A DNA stretch of 64,000 bases from Candidatus Nomurabacteria bacterium (GTDB lineage: Bacteria; Patescibacteriota; Minisyncoccia; Phycocordibacterales; UBA918). The position numbers were made by a program, and so were the translations under genes. The notes beneath the pieces are model-generated. The model searched no databases and was not told the origin of the DNA. It saw nothing but the letters and a program-made list of their open reading frames with translations. The stretch lies in the NCBI GenBank assembly GCA_020632135.1, contig JACKGC010000001.1, positions 116,241-180,240 of the forward strand. Direction: 5' to 3'. Positions 49,341 to 57,876 of this stretch are shown here, piece by piece (within the stretch, counting starts at the first letter, position 1; each line of letters starts with the position of its first letter).

Positions 49341-49538
49341 TGGAGATGGGAGCGAGTGACCTGCGTCACTCGCGAGGTAATCGAAACGCCGGAGCGATGT
49401 TTTCTGCGGCTTTTGCCCGCCGCAGAAAACAAGCGAGGCGTGACCCGCGGCACCGTGTATTTTTGTGCACGAAGTGCTACAAAATACGCTGGTGACCGTC
49501 AGGTCAATTCCCGTCATCTCCACCAAATCTGAAGCAAA
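49341..49538 (+). repeat. tRNA-end hairpin module, copy tmRNA
   Basis: The anti-arm TGGAGATGGG[25-nt inserted hairpin]GGTAATCGAAAC is complementary to GTTTCGATTACCCCCATCTCCA of tmRNA. The core is GCCGGAGCGATGTTTTCTGCGG..CCGCAGAAAACAAGCGAGGCGTGACC plus a second hairpin. It ends GGTGACCGTCAGG|TCAATTCCCGTCATCTCCACCA. Confidence 0.8.
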
Positions 49539-49628
49539 ACGAGCCTTATTTTATAAGGCTCGTTTTACGTATATTTGAGATGAGAAGAAAAAGTTAGAAC
49601 CTTGTTTTTTGCTATACTAAAATCAAGT

Positions 49629-50108
49629 ATGAAAATAACACCCATAAAACAACGAGATGCGAGCGCCTGTGGGCCTACCAGTATTGAAATGACTCTAAAA
49701 TATTTTGGTGTGCCCCACACTATTTCAGACATCACTAAGGTTACTAACTACAAAAAAGAAGGGGGTATATACAACAAACAACTCGTGAATGTGCTGCAAC
49801 ACTACGGCCTTAAGACAAAAGTTCTGGAGAATGCCTCTTGGGAACAGTTAGTTGAACTAAACACTAAAGATTCAGTGATCGTCCTTTCCTGGATGCTTGA
49901 TGGCTACATCGGACACCTAAGCGTTCTAGACAAAGTTGATAAAGATCATATTTATCTCGCCGAACCTACTACCGGAGAAATATTAAAAATGGGCAAGATA
50001 AAGTTTCTTAGACTTTGGTTAGACTATGAAGCAAAAGATGAGGTGCCAATGTACCCAGAATCTAAATCTAACATTCAACTACGATGGATGTGCGTGGTAT
50101 CCAGATAA
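49629..50108 (+). CDS. Stand-alone peptidase C39-like domain protein (island-borne paralog)
   Basis: DASACGPTSIEMTLKYFG and GHLSVLDKVD are present, and FLRLWLDY parallels FVERW in the protein at 6246..6740. Confidence 0.6.
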   Translation: MKITPIKQRDASACGPTSIEMTLKYFGVPHTISDITKVTNYKKEGGIYNKQLVNVLQHYGLKTKVLENASWEQLVELNTKDSVIVLSWMLDGYIGHLSVLDKVDKDHIYLAEPTTGEILKMGKIKFLRLWLDYEAKDEVPMYPESKSNIQLRWMCVVSR

Positions 50109-50285
50109 AAATATTGATCCACCGAGCCAATCCTACAAATCCATCACCTGCAAGAAATTCGCACACTCCATTTGAATCAAAGAGGCTTTTGCCACCAGGG
50201 CATTTCCGAAATTATAGTCGGAATAAATCCTCCTTAATTTCTAGGTCTACCACCAGGGTATTTCTCCTTTTGGTATACTGAAACC

Positions 50286-50573
50286 ATGAGTACAAAAATC
50301 ACCAAAACCACCGCCTATCATGATGTGCCGAAAACAGTTCTCGCGGCACTCAAGAAAGACGATAAGCTGGCCGAGCTTTGGAATGGGCTGACTGAAATTC
50401 AGCGCAATGAGTGGGCGTGCTATGCGACCACTGGAGCTAAACCAGAAACTCACGAAAAGCACATTACGCGGATGGTGAGTGATATGAAGAGCGGGAAGAA
50501 AACTCCCTGCTGCTGGCCCGGCTGCCCGCACCGTCGCCCGAAAGCAGCGAAGTGGTTTGGAAAGAAGAAATAA
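50286..50573 (+). CDS. YdeI/OmpD-associated family-like small protein
   Basis: 95 aa. LWNGLTEIQRNEWACYATTGAKPETHEKHITRMVSDMKSGKK resembles the YdeI C-terminal domain pattern. Confidence 0.5.
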   Translation: MSTKITKTTAYHDVPKTVLAALKKDDKLAELWNGLTEIQRNEWACYATTGAKPETHEKHITRMVSDMKSGKKTPCCWPGCPHRRPKAAKWFGKKK

Positions 50574-50666
50574 TTGCCACCGCCAACGATCTTTAGGAAT
50601 TGTCAGGACAACCCCTCCTCATCTCCACCAAACACCACTCGCTCTTTGTGCGTGTGATTTATACGA

Positions 50667-50876
50667 TCACACCTCTCCCCTCTCTTTAAAGCCGTTGGTG
50701 AGCAATTGGTGTGAGAAGTAGATTGCTAACAAGACAAATAAGACTAGGAGTAACTTCATGTACGGTAATATGTATTCAGCAAAATATGAGCCGACAATAA
50801 GACCTACGACCATGACGTACAGTTTTAGCAAACCAACCTGCCACCATGGCATAAGGTAATCCCTAAATAATTTCAT
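50667..50876 (-). CDS. Small hypothetical membrane protein
   Basis: 69 aa with two TM helices. Confidence 0.4.
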   Translation of the reverse strand: MKLFRDYLMPWWQVGLLKLYVMVVGLIVGSYFAEYILPYMKLLLVLFVLLAIYFSHQLLTNGFKERGEV

Positions 50877-51019
50877 ATTGACTAGAGTTAGACCAATAAT
50901 ATTTATTGTACACCCATGGCCATATACTAAGGAATTAAATGGACACTATTTTATGAAATGCTTGTCACTACAATCCACCATCTTAAAAAGCCTACTCGAT
51001 ACTGAGTAGGCTTTTTTAT

Positions 51020-51376
51020 CTACTTCACGCAGTGCAACATGAGATCGTTGCCATCCGGGTCGGTGAAGAGCGCCATGAAGCAGACCGGGTTCTCGATGGT
51101 CTCACCGAGGAACACCACGCCCTTGGCTTCCAGCTCCTTCCGGGCGGCTTCGATGTCATCGACATGGAGCGCGATGTGCGCGTTCTTCTGCGGTGTGAAG
51201 GTCATACCCATTTTCTCTGGTTCCCAGATAGCGAAGCATGTGTCCCCTACCCAAAATTCATACTTGGCTTTCTCGTCTGGCCGCAGGCCTAACGTGTCCA
51301 AATAGAATGTTCGTGAACGTTCTGCGTCGGTCGACGGCACCCCGACAAAGTCGAGTTTAGTGATTTTGTTTTGCAT
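51020..51376 (-). CDS. VOC/glyoxalase-family protein
   Basis: 118 aa. The pattern KLDFVGVPSTDAERSRTFY ... HIALHVDDIEAA ... DPDGN is typical of the family. Confidence 0.75.
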   Translation of the reverse strand: MQNKITKLDFVGVPSTDAERSRTFYLDTLGLRPDEKAKYEFWVGDTCFAIWEPEKMGMTFTPQKNAHIALHVDDIEAARKELEAKGVVFLGETIENPVCFMALFTDPDGNDLMLHCVK

Positions 51377-51396
51377 GTTTGTTTATGTTAAAGATT

Positions 51397-51636
51397 TTAA
51401 TCTCTTTTAAACGCGTCTTCGCAGATCTTCATGTACTCAGCAAATTTTTCTTGCTGTTCCTCGGGAGACATACTTTGCATGTTCTCCACTGAGTCTTGGT
51501 GGTCGCTATCTCCCTTCCCTATTTCTTCCATCACATGCTCCTGGCAATTCTTGGCCACCTCGTCTGGTGTATTTCCTTTGATCTCAACTTCACACGACTC
51601 TGGTCCACCAAGATCACTACAGATTATTTTTTTCAT
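51397..51636 (-). CDS. DUF1059-like small metal-binding protein
   Basis: MKKIICSDLGGPESCEVEIKGNTPDEV... 79 aa. Confidence 0.6.
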   Translation of the reverse strand: MKKIICSDLGGPESCEVEIKGNTPDEVAKNCQEHVMEEIGKGDSDHQDSVENMQSMSPEEQQEKFAEYMKICEDAFKRD

Positions 51637-51783
51637 ATTCTTGATGCTACCACGGATACACGAAAACGAAGTCGAGTTTGGTGATTTTGTTTTGCATGTT
51701 TTTGAGTATAACAAAATAAAAAAGTGCCTGATGAACAAACGGAAACTTGTCTACAACACCGGTTCTACAACTACAGTTTTTTC

Positions 51784-53262
51784 TTACTCAGAAACTGAGA
51801 CCTCCTCCCTCACACTCGTAGCAGAAAGCAGCCCCTCCACTTCTGAATCATGCCACCAGCTGGCGCTCATCTGCTCGGCGGGGATGAATGGGCCGGAGAC
51901 GGTGATGACGTCGCCTGGCTCAAGCACCGGTGGTATCATCGACATCAGCATGAAGTCGATGACATAGATCTCACCCTCGGTGGTCCGCAGACCCTGTATA
52001 CACGACTCGCTCGGCGGGTCGATGACAACACTGTCTTCGAGGCAGTCATACGTACCGGTGAGTGTGATACGTTCCGGCTGGTTTGGTGGGGTTGGTGGGG
52101 TCGGTACGATGTTGAGCTCATGCTCGTTGCCATAGATGCGACCACCCTCCCATTGCACCTCAAAAGACGAGTCATTGAAGCGACCCTCGATCGGGCCAAC
52201 TTTCTGCATCACCTGCTCTACCTGGAGCAGAGAGGTGGTACCGGCCACCACGACCGCCACGATCCACACCACCGCCAAGGTGACTGACTTTTGGACGGTG
52301 AAGTAGTTGCGCTTTGCCAAGAGACTCGCCCCCGCGATCACGAGTACAATGAGCGGGATCGTCATCATGATAAATGAAGAGAACATGGCGACAATGCCGA
52401 TGGCACTCCCCTCTAGTGTTTCAAGCGCTGTCTGTACATCGGCCGGGAAAAAGACTTTATCGGAAAGCAGAATGACACTATAGAGAGACACTAGTCCGGC
52501 AATACCAAGTGCACCGGCAATAATGAGCACAATGCCAGCCACAAAGCGTACTACTTTCGCGAGCACACGAAACAGTTTGCCGAGTCCACTGAAGCACGCA
52601 TCGAGGAGACCGCGCATCTTTGCCCAGAGGCCCTTAGCTTTCTCTAGGTCTTTCTCGTCGATGCTGTCGATGTTCTTTTTTACCCGCTCCGAAATATCCT
52701 TGAGCGTCACCCGCTCACCACGCATAGCGTACTTGTCGGTGGTTGTTTTTGCCTCCGGGACCACGAGCCACAGAATGATGTACGCCAAGACGCCGAGCCC
52801 ATTGAAGAAAACCGACACCACAAAGATGAGTCGGACAATGACCGGATCGATCTCAAAGTACTGCGCGAGGCCCGACGCCACACCAGCGATCACCGCGTCA
52901 TCGGTGTCGCGGTAGAGACGTCGCTTCGGTTCTCTAGTACTCGCTGTGCTGGTAGTTGACTCGGAAGTAGCTGCGGCCGGTTCATCAGCTTCGCTTTCAC
53001 CATCAGCAAAGTCAGCCGGGCTGCCCATTTCACTCATGACCTGCTCGACATCTGCAGTGGTGACCGCAGATCTTTCGCTGCGCTTTAGGGCAATGAATTT
53101 CTCAGCAATAGCTCGCTCGACATCGGCGATCACCTCGCCTGCATCTTCAGTACTCGCCAGATTGGTTTTGATCTCTGTGAGGTAGGCGGCGAGCACATCA
53201 TACGCGTCTTGCTCTATCGCAAAGACAACACTCCCGAGATTGATACTAATTACTTTTTTCAT
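51784..53262 (-). CDS. PspC domain-containing membrane protein
   Basis: The PspC motif is RLYRDTDDAVIAGVASGLAQYFEIDPVIVRLIFV. Several TM helices and a C-terminal extracellular domain are present. Confidence 0.75.
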   Translation of the reverse strand: MKKVISINLGSVVFAIEQDAYDVLAAYLTEIKTNLASTEDAGEVIADVERAIAEKFIALKRSERSAVTTADVEQVMSEMGSPADFADGESEADEPAAATSESTTSTASTREPKRRLYRDTDDAVIAGVASGLAQYFEIDPVIVRLIFVVSVFFNGLGVLAYIILWLVVPEAKTTTDKYAMRGERVTLKDISERVKKNIDSIDEKDLEKAKGLWAKMRGLLDACFSGLGKLFRVLAKVVRFVAGIVLIIAGALGIAGLVSLYSVILLSDKVFFPADVQTALETLEGSAIGIVAMFSSFIMMTIPLIVLVIAGASLLAKRNYFTVQKSVTLAVVWIVAVVVAGTTSLLQVEQVMQKVGPIEGRFNDSSFEVQWEGGRIYGNEHELNIVPTPPTPPNQPERITLTGTYDCLEDSVVIDPPSESCIQGLRTTEGEIYVIDFMLMSMIPPVLEPGDVITVSGPFIPAEQMSASWWHDSEVEGLLSATSVREEVSVSE

Positions 53263-53608
53263 ACTGTTTGATTAACGTATTTATTGAAGTGTCGAGTGAC
53301 TTCCATGAGGTTTCTAATTGGGTAAGGGCTGCTTCTCCCAGTTTGGTGATGGTGTACATTTTCCGCGGCGGGCCACTTCTACTCTCTTCCCATTCATACT
53401 CCACCAATCCCGAACGCTTCAGTCGAGACAGGAGCGGATAGAGCGTCCCCTCCACCACCAACAAATTGGCTTTCTTAAGCTGCTTCAATATATCTGGTGC
53501 ATAGGTTGCTCTGGCACCGATTATTAAAAGGACCGGGAACTCAAGGAAACCCTTGCGCATCTGCGACTTAGTGTTTTCTATATTGTATGCTTGCGATTCA
53601 TCACTCAT
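53246..53608 (-). CDS. PadR-family transcriptional regulator
   Basis: EGTLYPLLSRLKRSGLVEYEWEES...PRKMYTIT. It overlaps the pspC-like gene. Confidence 0.8.
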   Translation of the reverse strand: MSDESQAYNIENTKSQMRKGFLEFPVLLIIGARATYAPDILKQLKKANLLVVEGTLYPLLSRLKRSGLVEYEWEESRSGPPRKMYTITKLGEAALTQLETSWKSLDTSINTLIKQYEKSN

Positions 53609-54080
53609 TGGTACAATGCTATCATGCGGTACTGTGTATTGCAAGGTACTAATATCAAACTAAGGTCTTCCCCCGCTTTTTCTCGGCATTTCTGAAAAAT
53701 TGTCTGAATGGATCCTCCTTAAAAACTAGGTCTACCACAAGAGTATCTCCGTTGTGAGTATCTGTTTGTATTGAAGGTACCGCTGATTTTTGTAATCTAG
53801 GTGATCTGGACCTTGTTTCTCCGTCACACTGCCTACTAGTGCATGGGTTTTCCACCACACCTCGGGATAACCCCCGGGTAAGCCTGGTGGTTAAGCTGAT
53901 AACAACTCATGAATAAGCTGTGGATTAACTGTGTATAAAGAATGCAATATGCTTTCATGCAAAATCAATAGTGTAGGGTTGGTTCACGGCAGATACCCGC
54001 CACTTCCCCGCTCCCTCCCTTTGAAACCAGTGGCAGATATAGGTATGATGGTAGGCATTGCCATAAAAAATAAGTAACTT

Positions 54081-54908
54081 ATGTTTAGGACCATTACATC
54101 GCACTTATCCGCCCTCATCATTGCCTTCGTAGCACTACTCACCTTCACTGGCATCTCATATGCCGCTGAGCCGTACGAGAACGAAGCCAACGACGCCATT
54201 AATGAAGTAGAGGAGCTGATGGCTGACCTCACCCAGTTGATCGAAGACGCTGACGAAGCAGGTATTTACGTCAGTTACGCCGAGGATGCGCTTGACGACG
54301 CAACCGACCTATACGAAGACGCAGTGGCTGAAGATGCTAGCGAAGACTGGGAAGACGCTATTCCACTCGCAGAAGAAGCGATCGAGATTCTCGAGGACGC
54401 GATTGATGATCTCGAAGACGAACTCGCAGCTGACGCGAAGGAAGCAATCGAGTACGCTGAAATACTCCTTGAAGCGGCTGAAGAAGCACTTGACGACACC
54501 GACAAGGATGACCTTGACTATGACGACGCGAGCGAACGTTTTGACCTTGCAGAGGAACTCTTTGATGACGCCGAAGACGCCTTTGACGATGGTGACTACG
54601 ACGAAGCGGAAGATTTCGCTGAAGACGCTGCCGACATGGCTGAGGAAGTGTTTGATGAGCTAGACCTTGATATGGAGGACTACCTGGAGGAAGAAGACGA
54701 ATCAGAGGATGAAGATGAAGATGAAGATGAAGATGAAGATGAGGATGAGGATGAGGAATGTAAGTACTGTAAGAACACTGAAAAAGAAAGTGATAAGAAG
54801 GAGGTAAAGCCTACAAGCGAGACCGCCATGCTGCAAGCTAAGATCGAGAAGCTTCAGCAACTCATTGCCCTTTTGACCCAAATTCTCGCCCTGAAAGCAC
54901 AGCTCTAG
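54081..54908 (+). CDS. Secreted, extremely acidic repeat protein
   Basis: A signal-like N-terminus is followed by a long D/E/A-rich helical region. A (GAT/GAG GAA)n run encodes EDEDEDEDEDEDEDEDE. The C-terminus is a coiled coil. Confidence 0.6.
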   Translation: MFRTITSHLSALIIAFVALLTFTGISYAAEPYENEANDAINEVEELMADLTQLIEDADEAGIYVSYAEDALDDATDLYEDAVAEDASEDWEDAIPLAEEAIEILEDAIDDLEDELAADAKEAIEYAEILLEAAEEALDDTDKDDLDYDDASERFDLAEELFDDAEDAFDDGDYDEAEDFAEDAADMAEEVFDELDLDMEDYLEEEDESEDEDEDEDEDEDEDEDEECKYCKNTEKESDKKEVKPTSETAMLQAKIEKLQQLIALLTQILALKAQL

Positions 54909-54972
54909 AGAGCAAGCAAGAACACCAAATAAAACAACCCCCAGCAAAGCTGGGGGTTTGTGGTTTTATGAC

Positions 54973-55350
54973 CTACCGAGGAATAACCAAGCGTTGGCCC
55001 GCCTCGATATGGTTGGCTTCCGCGATCTGATTGGCCCACTTACGTGTCATCGGATCGACCTGGAACCGCTTTGAAAGCGAGTGCACAGTGTCACCCTTCT
55101 GTACGATATAGGTGCCACCAGAAGTCGGTCGAGGCTTGGGAGCCGGTTTCTTCTCCTGCTCCTTATGGTTTTGAGTTGCGACACGTTTCGCTTCCGCATC
55201 CACTTGCGTGGCGGCGTAGGTAATGACCCGGTCGGCAACGCCGAAGGGTCGGAACATCTCGCCAACATACGCTGAGCCAACGACCAAAAATACAACAATG
55301 AAGATCTTGGCGTAGACCCGCTCACGCGCGGTCATTTCAAATCTGGGCAT
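54973..55350 (-). CDS. LysM domain protein
   Basis: It has an N-terminal TM helix. The C-terminal LysM domain is YIVQKGDTVHSLSKRF...AGQRLVIP. Confidence 0.75.
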   Translation of the reverse strand: MPRFEMTARERVYAKIFIVVFLVVGSAYVGEMFRPFGVADRVITYAATQVDAEAKRVATQNHKEQEKKPAPKPRPTSGGTYIVQKGDTVHSLSKRFQVDPMTRKWANQIAEANHIEAGQRLVIPR

Positions 55351-55444
55351 GACACTCCTCCTCTGGTATCACTATATTAATTAGAACAGCCGTTTGTATA
55401 GTCCTATAAATATTTAGATTGTCAATATACACGGGCATATTGTA

Positions 55445-55472
55445 TTGACATTGTGCTTAAATATGTTATAAT
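55445..55472 (+). promoter_or_regulatory. Sigma-70-type promoter with extended -10
   Basis: TTGACA (55445-55450), a 16-nt spacer, then TGtTATAAT (55464-55472). An inverted repeat caatata..atattg lies just upstream. Confidence 0.6.
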
Positions 55473-55585
55473 GGTAACAGCCTAGGAGTTTTTCAAATTA
55501 ACTATTGAACTGCAACTGTGGAGCGGAGCCTCCCCACTATCGTTGCGCACGGGAGGTCTTCTTCCAGCACAACACCGGAGGGAGT

Positions 55586-56371
55586 ATGAAAACTCTACAC
55601 ATTCCGTTGTACGACCTTCGCTTCCTGACGGTAGCGACCAACGATAACGCACGATCTGCTTACAGAGGTGGCCCTACCGAAGACTTTTGCGATCTCTTCC
55701 GTACTGTACGGTACGCTGGTGCCTTGAACTTCAAACCTCGCTCAGAGCGAATCTACCTCTCTGACACTGGCATGACTGCCTCAGACGAGCCGGTCTTGCC
55801 AGTATTTCCCTTATGTATCTCACTCATGAGTACCTGGAAAGACGGCGCAATACGCATCGTGCCAACGGAAAGAACCTACCATCGTCTGCGTGACCCAGGT
55901 GACATCTACGATGCCAACAGTCACTACATACTAGCAGTCGAAGGTCCGAATGACCGTCCGCACATCCTGATGGGTTGCCGGATCGTGAGTGACTTACTTG
56001 GTCTCCCCTGCATGTGCAGAAATGAAGACCTGGCAGACTTACCGCCCGGCTCGATTGAGATCGACCAGTTTTACATCAGTCAGCAGCACCACTCTAGCGC
56101 TTGTCCGATGTTCGACTGCGCGCGCTACCTCGGTGCCGTGGTGCAACAACACCTCGATCAGCTCGCAGAGATTGACGAGATGGCCGCCAAGTATGGGTAT
56201 CGCTACACCAGCCAGGCTGGTGAGCAGGTGGCGTACACGCTCCTGCACAACCTCTGGCTCGCTACTAACGGACAGTGTGTACGGCCGATCAGCATTGTCT
56301 GCCCACAGGGCCGACTCATCACCGAGCATCACGACATCCCTGGGTGCATGAGTGCCTGTTCGCAGGTCTAA
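55586..56371 (+). CDS. Hypothetical Cys/His-rich protein
   Basis: A GGAGGGAG RBS precedes the ATG at 55586. The protein is 261 aa. No family is recognised. Confidence 0.45.
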   Translation: MKTLHIPLYDLRFLTVATNDNARSAYRGGPTEDFCDLFRTVRYAGALNFKPRSERIYLSDTGMTASDEPVLPVFPLCISLMSTWKDGAIRIVPTERTYHRLRDPGDIYDANSHYILAVEGPNDRPHILMGCRIVSDLLGLPCMCRNEDLADLPPGSIEIDQFYISQQHHSSACPMFDCARYLGAVVQQHLDQLAEIDEMAAKYGYRYTSQAGEQVAYTLLHNLWLATNGQCVRPISIVCPQGRLITEHHDIPGCMSACSQV

Positions 56372-56524
56372 ACTCTTGCTCCTTCTATCCCAACGCGCGT
56401 ATCTTCGATACGCGCGTTTCTCTTTAGTTTGACATCTGACGAAAGTAGTATTAAATGACTGCGGTTTTAGTACTTTTCACTGCTTTGGTGATAGCTCCAC
56501 CAAGCCACCACCGGGAGACGCAAC

Positions 56525-56848
56525 ATGACCCCCATCACTCGATCCCGCCACAAGAGCCGTCCCCAACTCGTCCAATGTGCCCGGAACGCAGAACACGCGC
56601 TCCATGAACTCCGTACCAATGAGACATGCCAGCAACTACCCAGTGAACTGCGTGTCAAAGCACAAGCCCTTCTCGACACCATCGTCCGCCAAGGCAGCGG
56701 CAGGCTCATGGAACTGAGTCAGCCAGCCATCAACCAACGGCTGATCAAGGTGCAGGGACAACTTGCACAACTACTGCAGATTCGCTCCCTTTCCTTTGCC
56801 CCAGTGCGTGATTACCTCCTCGACATCGCCCGTGTTCTGAAGGAATAG
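56525..56848 (+). CDS. Hypothetical helical protein
   Basis: 107-aa ORF with no recognisable motif. Confidence 0.35.
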   Translation: MTPITRSRHKSRPQLVQCARNAEHALHELRTNETCQQLPSELRVKAQALLDTIVRQGSGRLMELSQPAINQRLIKVQGQLAQLLQIRSLSFAPVRDYLLDIARVLKE

Positions 56849-56884
56849 ACACACAAAACAGCCACCTTTTCGGTGGCTGTTCTT

Positions 56885-57871
56885 TTATTGCATGACCGTA
56901 CGAGTCTTCGCGTCAAAAGCTCCCGTCTCAGGTAATGTATGAACTGCCTGATACTCACGCAAGGCATCCGCGGTAATGGTGCCAAAGTAGCCCGTGGCTC
57001 CAGCCGCAGCCAAGCGGTCACGCGCTGAGCCACGCTGCGTATAGATAAGGTAGGTCTGCAACAGCGAAACAGCGGTGCCAGAATCGCCGCCACCCAAACC
57101 GACCGGTAATACAGACGGAATGGTCTGTATCAACGCATCAAGCTTTTTTATTAACTCCACCCGCTCATCGGCTCCCGACTCTTCTAGTATGTCTTCGATC
57201 TCGTTGGGTAGGTCATATTTCTTCTCAAGTGCAGCCATGAAGACATCTGGGAAGGTCTCTACCAAGAACGTTGCGTACTCTTCCTCATTTCTGACCTCGC
57301 GCATGATCTGTCGCACAGCACTGATCTGCTCACGAAGCGTAAAGCCATCTTCACTAAAACGCTCGTACGGATCGGTTGGATCATTATCCTCATCACGCAC
57401 CTCAAGATGCAAGTGGTAAATACCCGCTGGCGCATTGCCGGTGTCACCGACCGTACCAATGAAATCACCCACATCGAGTCGATCGCCACGGTCAAGATCC
57501 GCAATGGTATCGAGGTGCATGTAGCGGAACGTTTCGCCACCAGGGTTGGCGGTGTACACATACTTACCCGCACTCGCCCCTTCACCAGTACTGATAACTA
57601 TCGCTTCAGTTGGCGACACGATCGGGGTACCCAGTGGCGCGCGCATGTCTTGCCCTTCATGTGAGCGAAGACCACCATCACGTGGGTCAGCAAAATCAGG
57701 GACGAGATCATCGTACACCACCCCAAAAAGTACAGGGATCGGGAATGATTCGACAATATCGTCATCAAGGTCACTGCGATCAACCCGACCAGCTACATGC
57801 GCAGCATTGGTGCTAGCGGCCGTGACGGAGAAGAGCAGAAAGACAAAAAGGAGGCGAGTAACGATTGTCAT
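56885..57871 (-). CDS. M23 peptidase with C-terminal peptidoglycan-binding domain
   Basis: A signal peptide is present. M23 motifs are HEGQDM, GDTGNA and HLHLEV. The C-terminal PG_binding_1-like region is LQTYL..LAAAGATGYFG..T..AL..YQ. Confidence 0.8.
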   Translation of the reverse strand: MTIVTRLLFVFLLFSVTAASTNAAHVAGRVDRSDLDDDIVESFPIPVLFGVVYDDLVPDFADPRDGGLRSHEGQDMRAPLGTPIVSPTEAIVISTGEGASAGKYVYTANPGGETFRYMHLDTIADLDRGDRLDVGDFIGTVGDTGNAPAGIYHLHLEVRDEDNDPTDPYERFSEDGFTLREQISAVRQIMREVRNEEEYATFLVETFPDVFMAALEKKYDLPNEIEDILEESGADERVELIKKLDALIQTIPSVLPVGLGGGDSGTAVSLLQTYLIYTQRGSARDRLAAAGATGYFGTITADALREYQAVHTLPETGAFDAKTRTVMQ

Positions 57872-57876
57872 GGTGT

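Larger units (their letters stand above)
47900..49538 (+). mobile_element. Cassette-like island 1 at the tmRNA 3' end
   Basis: The 24-nt block catctccaccaaatctgaagcaaa at 47889-47912 repeats at 49515-49538. The island contains a terminator, one cargo ORF, a terminator and a module. No recombinase gene is present. Confidence 0.65.
49539..50632 (+). mobile_element. Cassette-like island 2 at the tmRNA 3' end (degenerate distal module)
   Basis: The left end 49515-49605 is homologous to 47889-47985. A third att-like copy, catctccaccaaa, lies at 50620-50632 and is preceded by GTCAGGACAACCCCTCCT, which resembles the module 3' end. Confidence 0.55.
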
